A stretch of 40,763 nucleotides of DNA from an uncultured Muribaculaceae bacterium (GTDB lineage Bacteria; Bacillota_I; Bacilli_A; RF39; UBA660). Positions 9,360 through 18,353 of this stretch are shown here, one piece after another. Position 1 is the stretch's first letter. Every line of letters begins with the position of its first letter. The translations under genes and the position numbers were made by a program. A model generated the notes under the pieces. That model saw only the letters and a program-made list of their open reading frames with translations. It searched no databases and was not told the DNA's origin. The stretch is taken from positions 1 to 40,763 of the forward strand of contig CAYNLX010000001.1 of the NCBI GenBank assembly GCA_964398265.1, written 5' to 3'.

Positions 9360-9390
9360 ACATATTGTAAACTTTTGTCAAAATTTATAA

Positions 9391-10578
9391 TTAATTGTTT
9401 TTTATTTTTCCTATTGCATCTATTCCTGGTAAATGTCCATCTGCAATATATTCTAAAGTTGCTCCCCCTCCGGTTGATAAATAAGTCATTTCATTTGTAT
9501 AACCTAATGTATTAACAGAAGATACAGCATCTCCTCCGCCTATTATTACGATCTTATTAAATTTTGCTAAAATATTTAGTAGCATTAAAGTTCCATTTCT
9601 AAATCTAACATCTTCATATTTACCAATAGTTCCATTTACAAAAACCGTTTCAGATTTTTCTATAACATCTTTAAATCTTTCAATTGTATCTGAACCTACA
9701 TCAAAAATAATATCATTAGGATCTAAATTCGTTATGCTTTTTTCTTCAACATAATTTTCATCATAATTATTACCTACTACAACATCTGTTGGTAAAATTA
9801 TTTTATCCTTGTTTTCTATCAATATTTTTTTTACCGATTCTAATACACTGTCATTGACTAAAGAAGAACCTATGTCAATTTTTAAGGCTTTTAAAAATGT
9901 ATTTGCAATGGCACCTCCTAACAAAAGATAATCACATTTTTTTATTAATTTTTCTATTAATAATATTTTATCTTCTATTTTAGATCCACCCATAATAATA
10001 GTAAAAGGCCTTTTAATATCGTTAACTACTGGCTGTAAATTTTGAACTTCTTTTTGTACTAAAAATCCTGTACAACTTGGAATTTGATTTGCAATACCCA
10101 CTACAGAAGCATGTGACCTATGGCAAGAGCCAAAAGCATCATTAACAAATATATCTCCTAAAGATGACCAATACATTGATAATTGAATATCGCACCCACT
10201 TTCTAAATTATTAGGAATATCTTCAAACCTAGTATTTTCCATCAATAAAATATCTCTACAATTTAAATTGTTTACCATTTTATTTAATTCTATTCCTGAA
10301 GTGTATTTGCTAAAAAGTATTTGTCTATTCAAATGTTTTTCTAAAGATTCCTTAATTATTAATAGGCTATTATTACCCTTATCTTCTTCCGTTTTTACTT
10401 TTCCGAAATGTGACATTAAAATAATTTTGCAGTTTTTTGCTAATAAATAATTGATAGTTTCTAAAGATTCCACTATTTTAGTATCATCTATTATTTTTCC
10501 ATCTTTAACACTTACATTAAAATCACATCTTACTATCACTGTCTTTTCAAAAATATCTTGTTCTTGTAATTTATCCAT
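9391..10578 (-). CDS. pgk: phosphoglycerate kinase
   Basis: From Met85 of the tracked ORF: MDKLQEQDIFEKTVIVRCDFNVSVKDGKIIDDTKI, ILMSHFGKVK, and C-terminal STGGGATLEYI. SD AGGTG is 4-5 nt upstream of ATG 10578. The 84 codons upstream in the track are AT-rich read-through of the promoter region. Confidence 0.95.
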   Translation of the reverse strand: MDKLQEQDIFEKTVIVRCDFNVSVKDGKIIDDTKIVESLETINYLLAKNCKIILMSHFGKVKTEEDKGNNSLLIIKESLEKHLNRQILFSKYTSGIELNKMVNNLNCRDILLMENTRFEDIPNNLESGCDIQLSMYWSSLGDIFVNDAFGSCHRSHASVVGIANQIPSCTGFLVQKEVQNLQPVVNDIKRPFTIIMGGSKIEDKILLIEKLIKKCDYLLLGGAIANTFLKALKIDIGSSLVNDSVLESVKKILIENKDKIILPTDVVVGNNYDENYVEEKSITNLDPNDIIFDVGSDTIERFKDVIEKSETVFVNGTIGKYEDVRFRNGTLMLLNILAKFNKIVIIGGGDAVSSVNTLGYTNEMTYLSTGGGATLEYIADGHLPGIDAIGKIKNN

Positions 10579-10599
10579 ATAACACCTATTTCTATAAAT

Positions 10600-10628
10600 A
10601 TTATATATTAATTTTTTTTTTAATTCAA
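10600..10628 (-). promoter_or_regulatory. candidate sigma-A promoter of pgk (TTGAAT-17-TATAAT)
   Basis: On the minus strand, TTGAAT (10623-10628) is followed by a 17-nt spacer and TATAAT (10600-10605). The -10 element ends about 22 nt upstream of the pgk ATG. Confidence 0.45.
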
Positions 10629-10652
10629 TGTATTCCCAAAAAGAAATAGTTT

Positions 10653-10661
10653 TGATATAAT
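10653..10661 (+). promoter_or_regulatory. candidate extended -10 (TGATATAAT) for the 398-aa gene
   Basis: TGATATAAT lies 15 nt upstream of ATG 10677. The predicted 5' end would fall almost on the GGTGA SD, so the leader would be unusually short. Confidence 0.3.
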
Positions 10662-10676
10662 GAAAATGGTGATAAT

Positions 10677-11873
10677 ATGGGAAATGATATAAAATTAGAT
10701 GATAAAGCAAAAAGAAACTATAATGCTTACATCTATATAATTTCATTAAATAATAATTTACAAAAAACAAGATTTCAAAATAATTCCTTGGTAGGACAAA
10801 ATGATACAATTGATTTATCTGATTTTCCATTAGATGAATGGTTAAAAGAAAATGAAAATAATATTAAAAGTTTATCTAATAATGATTTTGTTGAATCAGT
10901 TAAATTAAAAAAAGAATCAGAAAAGAAAAACTTAGATAAAACAAATATTGAACAAGCCTTTGAAGTAATTGAAGAAGTTAACCCTAAGTTGAATAATTTA
11001 TCTATTGTTAAATTAGACGATGGAAGTGGAGTGTTTAAAGAATATGTTCATTTCTTTGATGATAATGGAAGAGATTATGTTTTATACAGATATGCTCCTA
11101 ACGATATTATGGAAATATATAATAGCTTAATTGCTAAAGTCGGAGCTAATAATATTGATGCGAAAACTTTATTTCAAGAATTAGAAAGCAAAATGAAAGT
11201 AGTAAATTTACAAGATTCTGAAAGTATCAAAAATGATAATAGTTTTAATGAAAACTACCTTAAAAGATTGGGAGTTGTAGAAATCAAGAATCAAAACTCC
11301 AAAAAGCTTCCTTTAGGTGGAGAATTATTTGATGCAGAAAATTCTACTGGTTTTATAGTAGACAATAAAGAAGTGAAAGTTACAGAAAATTTTAATGGAA
11401 CTGTTGAATATAAAACAGCAGAAGAAACAACCGTAATTGATCCAAATTCTGTTAATTTAATTAACGATACAGGATATATTTCTTTAACTGAATTTATTTT
11501 ACTTGTAACTAATGAAGAAGAACTAGATTCAACAAAAGAAGAAGCTATTGATAATTATTTTAATCACATAGCGGACTTAATATCTAGAGAAGATTCACTT
11601 TCTTATAATGAAAAAAATGAATTGGATTCATACTATAGATTTATTGAAAGTTTAGCTATTTCCGAAACAAAAAATAATCGTTCTCAAAAAATATATGATA
11701 GACATTGTAAATTAGTAGAAAATAATAATACTAAAGCTAAGGCTTTAGATAATCAAATGGCATTAAGATTAAGATGTCCACAAAATCATAGAACCGGAAA
11801 AGTTGGACCTTATATCATTGTTATATTAGTAATATTAATTGGAATAGTTATTTCTTTCTTATTGATAAAATAA
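10677..11873 (+). CDS. hypothetical acidic protein with a single C-terminal transmembrane tail anchor
   Basis: 398-aa ORF with SD GGTGA 4 nt upstream. The last 22 residues, GPYIIVILVILIGIVISFLLIK, are hydrophobic, preceded by basic RLRCPQNHRTGK. No family motif recognised. A hairpin terminator follows. Confidence 0.7.
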   Translation: MGNDIKLDDKAKRNYNAYIYIISLNNNLQKTRFQNNSLVGQNDTIDLSDFPLDEWLKENENNIKSLSNNDFVESVKLKKESEKKNLDKTNIEQAFEVIEEVNPKLNNLSIVKLDDGSGVFKEYVHFFDDNGRDYVLYRYAPNDIMEIYNSLIAKVGANNIDAKTLFQELESKMKVVNLQDSESIKNDNSFNENYLKRLGVVEIKNQNSKKLPLGGELFDAENSTGFIVDNKEVKVTENFNGTVEYKTAEETTVIDPNSVNLINDTGYISLTEFILLVTNEEELDSTKEEAIDNYFNHIADLISREDSLSYNEKNELDSYYRFIESLAISETKNNRSQKIYDRHCKLVENNNTKAKALDNQMALRLRCPQNHRTGKVGPYIIVILVILIGIVISFLLIK

Positions 11874-11897
11874 AAACCAAAGAAATTTGGTTTTTTT
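11874..11897. terminator. bidirectional terminator shared by the 398-aa gene and gap
   Basis: aaaccaaa-gaaa-tttggttt is an 8-bp stem with a T-run to 11897 on the plus strand and an A-run before it. It overlaps the gap stop codon. Confidence 0.5.
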
Positions 11898-12897
11898 ATT
11901 TAAATAAACATTTCATAGTTTTTATCATTTGAGAAGTATATCCCATTTCATTATCATACCAAGCAACTACTTTTACTAGTTGTTTTTCATTTGCCTCAAT
12001 AATAGACGTACAATTACCATCTACTATTGCTCCATGCTTATTACCAATAACATCACTTGATACTATTGGGTCCATTGTAAACATTATTGTGTCATTTTGA
12101 TTATTATTGAATAGTTCATTAATTTCTTTTACTGTTGTTTTATTCTTTAATTCTAAAGAACAATCAATTACTGATCCATCGCTTACTGGTACTCTAAAAG
12201 CATTTCCATCAAGTTTACCTTTTAAATTAGGTATTACTTCACCAATTGCGGAGGCGGCTCCAGTTGAAGCAGGAACTATATTCATCGCACAAGCTCTACC
12301 TCTTCTTGCTAATATTCCTTTTTTATGAGAGATATCTAATGTTGCTTGATCGTTTGTATATGCATGAATAGTGGTCATGAATCCTTTTTCTATTACAAAA
12401 TTATCATTAATAACTTTTAACACAGGGGCTAAACAATTGGTAGTGCAACTTGCTGCTGATATAATTTGTTCACTTCCATCAAGAGAATTCTCATTTACAC
12501 CATATACTATAGTTTTCATATCTCCTTTTCCTGGAGCTGAAATAAGAACTTTTTTTGCACCAGAGTTTATATGTTTCATTGCATCTTCTTTTTTAATAAA
12601 TGCTCCTGTACATTCAAGAACTACATCTACATCTAATTGATTCCATGGTAAATCCTCTGGATCCATCTCAGAATAAACTCTAATTTTTTTATCATTATAC
12701 AAAAGAAAATTATCAAAATAAGATATTTTTTCTAATTCAAAATTTCTATGATTTGTATCATATTTTAATAAGTATGCTAATTGTTCTGAATCAGTTAAGT
12801 CGTTTATTGCTACAACTTCAAAATCATCTAAACGAACCAATTCTCTAAATGCAAGCCTTCCTATTCTTCCGAAACCGTTTATTGCTACTTTTATCAT
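11896..12897 (-). CDS. gap: type I glyceraldehyde-3-phosphate dehydrogenase
   Basis: MIKVAINGFGRIGRLAFRE is the NAD-binding fold. The catalytic string is SAASCTTNCLAP, and the C-terminal string is WYDNEMGYTSQM. SD GGAGG is upstream, only 11 nt after the preceding gene. Confidence 0.96.
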   Translation of the reverse strand: MIKVAINGFGRIGRLAFRELVRLDDFEVVAINDLTDSEQLAYLLKYDTNHRNFELEKISYFDNFLLYNDKKIRVYSEMDPEDLPWNQLDVDVVLECTGAFIKKEDAMKHINSGAKKVLISAPGKGDMKTIVYGVNENSLDGSEQIISAASCTTNCLAPVLKVINDNFVIEKGFMTTIHAYTNDQATLDISHKKGILARRGRACAMNIVPASTGAASAIGEVIPNLKGKLDGNAFRVPVSDGSVIDCSLELKNKTTVKEINELFNNNQNDTIMFTMDPIVSSDVIGNKHGAIVDGNCTSIIEANEKQLVKVVAWYDNEMGYTSQMIKTMKCLFK

Positions 12898-12908
12898 TTT
12901 CTTCCTCC

Positions 12909-14573
12909 TTAATTATATATACTACCACCAATAAATTCTCTTAGTACACAATCATTCGGTACTAATTCTGGTGATATTGTAAAAAACACTCTTAAAAATC
13001 CTAGCAGTCTTCTTGCTTCTTCATAATATTTCGAACTAATAGGAACTGAATATAGTATGGGCTCAGCATAAACTTTTAATACGCCCAATTCATAAATTAA
13101 TGCTGTATTTAGTATTGCATCAGCTTGATTTTGGTATGGATAAATATATTTTTCTTCATTACTTCTTACTTTTTGCCATATATCCAATGTATCTATTACA
13201 TTACTTCCTCTATAAATATTATCTCTTACCATTCTTCTAATAAGTCTCATATCAATAGTGGATAAATGATTATGCCTATCAATATTTAAAGCTGTAAATG
13301 GGCTGACATATATTTTAAATTTATTATCACTTGGAATGTCTTTGCTAAGATCATCATTTAAGCAATGCAATCCTTCAAGTATAATAATATTATTATCACC
13401 AATTTTTATTGGTTTATTATTATATTCCTTTTTTCCAGTTATAAAATTAAACTTTGGCATTACAACGCTTTCATGATTAAGTAGTTTATTTAAATCAGAA
13501 TTTAGTAATTCCGTATCTAATGATTCTACTCTTTCATAATTAACTTCGCCTAATTCATCTACAAAACTATTTTCTCTTTCTTTATAATAATTGTCCGTAG
13601 ACACTATTGTAGTTTTATATCCAAATGTTTCTAGGTACAATGCAATTCTATATGCAGTAGTAGTTTTACCGCTTGAAGATGGTCCTGATATACATACAAT
13701 TTTTATTTCTTTTTCATTATTTACTATTTGCTTAATTATATCACTTAAATATTCATCAGAAATAATTCTATTCTGAAGTATAAAATCTTTTATTTTATTA
13801 TTACATACAATTTCATTTATATCAGAAACATATTGAACTTTTATTAATTCTAACCACTCTCTATAAGTTTCAAAAACATTTAATGTTTTTTCAAAATGTG
13901 TATAAGGTAATATTGTGTTATTTGAACTTGGAGAAGGATATCTTAAAACAAAACAATTATCTTCTATAAAAGTTAATTCAAATTTATTAATACATCCAGT
14001 ACTAAAAGGTAATTCAGAATAAAAATAACTATAATAATTTTTTAATTTATGTAATGTTACTATACTATTTGATATTCTGCTTATATTCATAGATTTTTCT
14101 TTTTCATTAATAGTATTATAATAATTAATAACTTCTTTTTTATTAAAAGCATATTTTTCAAATAATAAATCTAAATTTATTATTTCTTTCATTTTAGTAG
14201 AAAGTTCATTTAATAATTCTTCATTTATTTCTTTATTACATTTAATTTTTGCATACATTCCTTTATCTAATGAGTTTAAAAAATCTACTTCAACATCATT
14301 TCCCCATAATTCTTTTGCTGAAACAATTAATATAAGTTTTAACCCAGCTTGATACATTCTATAACCAATAATATCATTAAAATCTATAAACGTAAGTTCT
14401 GTATCCTTTGTAATTTTGTTAGTAAGACTAACTACTTCATTATTTACTTTAACTCCAAGAATCGGATTAGCCATGTTATTTTTATAATATTTACTAAGTT
14501 CTAAATAAGTAATACCATATGGATATTTAACTAAAGGATTATCATTAATCTTTATACTTATTTCATTACTCAT
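12909..14573 (-). CDS. TGS-domain / uridine-kinase (PRK)-family P-loop nucleoside kinase-like protein
   Basis: The N-terminal ~90 aa resemble the ThrRS-type TGS domain ([27 protein letters not shown]). The central Walker A is [16 protein letters not shown], followed by DNYY and a uridine-kinase-like fold. SD AGAGGGA is upstream. Confidence 0.7.
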   Translation of the reverse strand: MSNEISIKINDNPLVKYPYGITYLELSKYYKNNMANPILGVKVNNEVVSLTNKITKDTELTFIDFNDIIGYRMYQAGLKLILIVSAKELWGNDVEVDFLNSLDKGMYAKIKCNKEINEELLNELSTKMKEIINLDLLFEKYAFNKKEVINYYNTINEKEKSMNISRISNSIVTLHKLKNYYSYFYSELPFSTGCINKFELTFIEDNCFVLRYPSPSSNNTILPYTHFEKTLNVFETYREWLELIKVQYVSDINEIVCNNKIKDFILQNRIISDEYLSDIIKQIVNNEKEIKIVCISGPSSSGKTTTAYRIALYLETFGYKTTIVSTDNYYKERENSFVDELGEVNYERVESLDTELLNSDLNKLLNHESVVMPKFNFITGKKEYNNKPIKIGDNNIIILEGLHCLNDDLSKDIPSDNKFKIYVSPFTALNIDRHNHLSTIDMRLIRRMVRDNIYRGSNVIDTLDIWQKVRSNEEKYIYPYQNQADAILNTALIYELGVLKVYAEPILYSVPISSKYYEEARRLLGFLRVFFTISPELVPNDCVLREFIGGSIYN

Positions 14574-14596
14574 TTTATCCCTCTTATTCTAATAAT

Positions 14597-14625
14597 ATCT
14601 TATCAAATTTTTTATAATTTGTCAT
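14597..14625 (-). promoter_or_regulatory. candidate promoter of the kinase-like gene / gap operon (ATGACA-17-TAAGAT with TG extension)
   Basis: Minus strand: ATGACA (14620-14625), 17-nt spacer, TGATAAGAT (14597-14605). Confidence 0.3.
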
Positions 14626-14681
14626 TTTTTTTATGTATATTTTTATATACTTATGTAATTATATTAGTAAAGGGTGATAAT

Positions 14682-15251
14682 ATGAATTTAATTCCTACAA
14701 TTATAGAAAAAACTAATGAGGGAGAAAAAGCTTATGATTTATACTCCAGATTATTAAAAGAAAGAATTATTTTTATTTCTGGAGAAATAAATGATACATT
14801 ATCTAATATAGTGGTATCAGAATTATTATATCTAGATTCATTAAATAATGATGATATTAATATTTATATTAATTCTCCAGGTGGAAGTATTACGGCAGGG
14901 TTTGCTATATATGACACTATGAATTTTATTAAAAGTAATGTATGCACCACAGTAATAGGAATAGCAGCTTCAATGGCAGCTTTCTTATTATCTAGTGGAG
15001 AAAAAGGAAAAAGGTTTGCCTTACCAAACAGCGAAATAATGATTCATCAACCTCTAGGAGGAATAAAAGGTCAAGCTATAGAAATAAAAATAGCTGCTGA
15101 TAGAATCTTAAATCACAAAAAAAAGATAAATAAAATATTATCTTTAAATACTGGTAAAACTATAAATAAAATTAATAAAGATACTGAAAGAGATTATTTT
15201 ATGTCATCAGTTGAAGCTAAAGATTATGGATTAATTGATAAAGTTCTTTAA
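14682..15251 (+). CDS. clpP: ATP-dependent Clp protease proteolytic subunit
   Basis: [31 protein letters not shown]. The catalytic Ser is in [11 protein letters not shown], the His in MIHQPLGG and the Asp in [17 protein letters not shown] is at 14671-14677. The tracked start at 14619 adds 21 hydrophobic junk codons. Confidence 0.95.
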   Translation: MNLIPTIIEKTNEGEKAYDLYSRLLKERIIFISGEINDTLSNIVVSELLYLDSLNNDDINIYINSPGGSITAGFAIYDTMNFIKSNVCTTVIGIAASMAAFLLSSGEKGKRFALPNSEIMIHQPLGGIKGQAIEIKIAADRILNHKKKINKILSLNTGKTINKINKDTERDYFMSSVEAKDYGLIDKVL

Positions 15252-16177
15252 TCTTTTTTTTCTTTATGTTTTCTTATTAATTCCCTTATTTTTATAAAAT
15301 GATGATTGATTCCAGATTTACCTATTTTATAATCTGTCTCTAAAGATATTATTTCTGCTAATTCTTGCATTGAACTATCCGGATATTTCTCTCTGTATTC
15401 AATTATTATTAACGTTTTTTCATCAAGTAAATCCAAAATGTTATTTGTTTTTAAGTATTCTATATTCTTAAGTTGATCTAAACAAGTCTTTATTATTTTT
15501 TCTTGATTAGCTATTTCACAATTATTTAATCTATTAACCATGTTTTTATGATCTCTATAAATTCTTATATCTTCAAAATAGAATAACGAATTAATTGCGC
15601 CATATAGTTTTAATATGTCACTTATAACTTCTGCTTCTTTTATATATATCATGTAACCTTTTTCACGTTTTATATACTTGGCATTAATATTAAATTTTTT
15701 AAACAATTTAATTATAAAATCTGCTTCTTTTTTTATTTTTACTACGTATTCTAAATGATATCCACTTGTTTTTGGATCAGAAATGTTTCCACAAGCTAAA
15801 AACAATCCCTTTAAATATGCAATTTGTTCTTCTTCTGAATCTAACATATAATCTTCTATTAAAGTCTTTTTATTATTTACTATTATATTTAAATCTTCTA
15901 ATATAAATGGAACTTTTTCACTTATTACTAAAATATATATTTGTTTATTTCTAAATCTTTTTTGTATCCTAATTGTTAAAAATATGTTTACTCCATAAAT
16001 ACCTTTAATATATTTAAATATTCTTCTAGCAATCGAAGCATTTTCAAGAACTAAGGAAATCTCTTTTAAATCAAATTTACCAGTATATCTGATGAAAGCA
16101 GATAATTCACTTCTTGCTTCTATAGGACTGGAATAACTTTGAGATATTTCGTCTTTAACTTTTATAGTAAATGTCAT
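15248..16177 (-). CDS. whiA: DNA-binding protein WhiA
   Basis: It has the degenerate LAGLIDADG-type core ([24 protein letters not shown]), a C-terminal HTH region and the typical 309-aa length. SD AGGAAGTGA is upstream. Confidence 0.88.
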   Translation of the reverse strand: MTFTIKVKDEISQSYSSPIEARSELSAFIRYTGKFDLKEISLVLENASIARRIFKYIKGIYGVNIFLTIRIQKRFRNKQIYILVISEKVPFILEDLNIIVNNKKTLIEDYMLDSEEEQIAYLKGLFLACGNISDPKTSGYHLEYVVKIKKEADFIIKLFKKFNINAKYIKREKGYMIYIKEAEVISDILKLYGAINSLFYFEDIRIYRDHKNMVNRLNNCEIANQEKIIKTCLDQLKNIEYLKTNNILDLLDEKTLIIIEYREKYPDSSMQELAEIISLETDYKIGKSGINHHFIKIRELIRKHKEKKD

Positions 16178-16236
16178 ATAATCACTTCCTATTTATTTAA
16201 TATATCATATAAAAAGCAAAGTATAAATACTTTACT

Positions 16237-17451
16237 TTAACCCCTTGTAGACCATTTCGTAGATGATGAAGGTAATAATCCAAGAGGATTAACACTTTTA
16301 GATAAATAAGTACTATATGAAGTATATCCTCCAGCACCACTTCCTAAATAATGACCTTTTGCTATACCGAAATGTAAATGTGCTCCAGTAGTACATCTAT
16401 CATATTTCTTTGTAGTAGCGCCTCCACCAACTTTTCCGATTTCTGTATACTTCGTTACAATATCTCCTACTTTAACATTAAAAGACAAAAGATGTGTATA
16501 TTGAGTAGTATATTGTACTCCATTGATTATATGATGAACATATACACTATTTCCACCACAGCTTGCTTGTTTAATTATACCTGCAACCATTCCATTGGCA
16601 GCTGCATATACTGAAGTTCCTTCTTTATTTCCTGCTATATCTATAGCATTATGAAATGATTTTACTTTTCCAGTAATAGGATGAATTCTATATCCCCAAT
16701 CACTTGAAATATAGCCACTATTAACAGGCCTTAGAAAACTAAAATCTGCAAATGCTCCTACACAGTCAGATAATAACTGATCATCACTCTTACAAACAGA
16801 TTTATAATATTTTATTAATTCGTTTTTCATTCTTATTTGATCAGAGTAATCTGCACCAATTTCATTTAATTCAGAAAGCTGACTTCCTAGTTTTGAAATA
16901 GCACTTTCATATTCTTTTTGTTTAATTTCTAGGTCTTTATTTCTTTCTGCTAATTGGATTTGTAATTGTTTATTCTCTTCTATTAAAACATTTAACTCTT
17001 CCATAACTTTTTTATTATATTCAGTTAGTTGTTCAACTATAGCAGTTCTCATAATTAAATCAGTAGTAGAAGAAGCACCACTTATATATTCAATATAAGC
17101 ATTTTCTCCATTAGATAATTGTTCAAATCTCATTAACTCATTTGTTTCTAAATTTTTTTCAGTAATTTTTATTTCACTTTCATCAATTTTATTTTGAGCT
17201 TCTTGAACTTTTGTCTCATTTAATTGTTGTTCTTGATATGCATTATAAATTTTCTGATTATTATTATTGATTTCATTCTTTGTTTGAGTTTTAGCTTGAT
17301 CATTTGCTTTTTTCTCAGTTTCAAGCGAACTTAATTCATCCTCAAGTTCATTTATAGAATTAGCTTCTTTTGCAAAAGAAACAGTAGGATTTAAATACGA
17401 TGAAACAAGCAATAATACTATAAAAGCAAGAAATATTAATATCTTTTTCAT
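16237..17451 (-). CDS. secreted coiled-coil M23 peptidoglycan hydrolase (PcsB/EnvC-like FtsEX partner)
   Basis: The signal peptide is MKKILIFLAFIVLLLVSS..SFA-KE, followed by ~200 aa of heptad-rich coiled coil. The M23 motifs FHNAIDIAG (HxxxD) and GAHLHFGI (HxH) are present. The start overlaps the ftsX stop by 4 nt. Confidence 0.8.
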   Translation of the reverse strand: MKKILIFLAFIVLLLVSSYLNPTVSFAKEANSINELEDELSSLETEKKANDQAKTQTKNEINNNNQKIYNAYQEQQLNETKVQEAQNKIDESEIKITEKNLETNELMRFEQLSNGENAYIEYISGASSTTDLIMRTAIVEQLTEYNKKVMEELNVLIEENKQLQIQLAERNKDLEIKQKEYESAISKLGSQLSELNEIGADYSDQIRMKNELIKYYKSVCKSDDQLLSDCVGAFADFSFLRPVNSGYISSDWGYRIHPITGKVKSFHNAIDIAGNKEGTSVYAAANGMVAGIIKQASCGGNSVYVHHIINGVQYTTQYTHLLSFNVKVGDIVTKYTEIGKVGGGATTKKYDRCTTGAHLHFGIAKGHYLGSGAGGYTSYSTYLSKSVNPLGLLPSSSTKWSTRG

Positions 17452-18353
17452 ATTTTTAAATGCTTTCTTACTGCTTTATAGCTTCCAAGCATTCCAACTA
17501 AAGCACCAATAATCAATAAAATAATTGCTACATAAAATACTATTTTCATAGGTTCAACCATTTGAATTATCCTAGTAAATAGATAACCGTCAAATTTATC
17601 ATATACAAAAATATATCCATAAACTGAAAGTACCATTGGAATAATTGAACCTAGTATTCCAAGAATTAATCCTTCAAATATAAATGGTAATTTTATTGCT
17701 ATATTACTAGTTCCTACTAATCTCATTATTTCTATTTCAGTTTTTCTAGAAAAAATAGTCAACTTAATTGTATTAGATATTAAAAATGCTGTTACAACAA
17801 TTAAAGCTAAAACTATTACAACACTACATTTTTTTACTAAGTCAAAAATATTAACTAATTGATCTACCATTCCCTCACCATATTTAACTGAATCAACATA
17901 TTGTAATTTTTTTATTTGCTCTGCTGTTTTAGATATATCGTTAATATCCTCTACTTTAATAATAAATTCATTTTGTAAAGGGTTTGTTTCTGGTGTCCAC
18001 GTTGACATTATGTTATTAAATACATCAGATTCTTTTTGCATACTAACTTTTACATCTTCTTTTGACATGTATTCCAAACTTTTTTCTTCCACGTTATCTA
18101 TATTTATTATTAATTCTTTTAAAATATTAGCTTCTTCATCAGTACATTCCCTTTTCATAAATGCCACAATAGTTAAATCACTTTCCAAAGATTTAGTGAA
18201 ATCATTGACATTATATGAAAGTAGTATTGAGATAGCAACTAATATTAAAGTTATGGTAATACATGTTATTGATGCAATACTTAAACTAAAATTTCTAAAT
18301 ACACTTTTTAGTGAATCTCTAAATGTTCTACCTATAATTCTAAACACTTTCAT
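17448..18353 (-). CDS. ftsX: cell-division ABC transporter permease FtsX
   Basis: The N-terminus FRIIGRTFRDSLKSVFRNF is followed by TM1, an extracellular loop domain and three C-terminal TMs. It is overlap-coupled to ftsE (14 nt). Confidence 0.88.
   Translation of the reverse strand: MKVFRIIGRTFRDSLKSVFRNFSLSIASITCITITLILVAISILLSYNVNDFTKSLESDLTIVAFMKRECTDEEANILKELIINIDNVEEKSLEYMSKEDVKVSMQKESDVFNNIMSTWTPETNPLQNEFIIKVEDINDISKTAEQIKKLQYVDSVKYGEGMVDQLVNIFDLVKKCSVVIVLALIVVTAFLISNTIKLTIFSRKTEIEIMRLVGTSNIAIKLPFIFEGLILGILGSIIPMVLSVYGYIFVYDKFDGYLFTRIIQMVEPMKIVFYVAIILLIIGALVGMLGSYKAVRKHLKI

Noticed and set aside
10579-10830. An 84-codon N-terminal extension of the pgk ORF in the track (MENQINQLYHFVLPRNYF...).
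   Set aside because: The PGK homology begins at Met85 (MDKLQEQDIFEKTVIVRCDFNV), which has an AGGTG SD. The extension covers the divergent promoter region and overlaps the start of the 398-aa gene. Its sequence is Y/F/H/L-rich nonsense.
14574-14681. A CtsR operator (tandem GGTCAAA heptads) expected upstream of clpP.
   Set aside because: Only a single TTTGTCA/TGACAAA word is present. There is no tandem heptad repeat and no CIRCE element.
16216-16235. A short hairpin (AAAGTA-TAAA-TACTTT plus GCTTTTT) after the coiled-coil M23 gene, considered as a terminator.
   Set aside because: The stem is only 6 bp with one G-C pair. It is not distinguishable from background, so I leave open whether whiA is co-transcribed.
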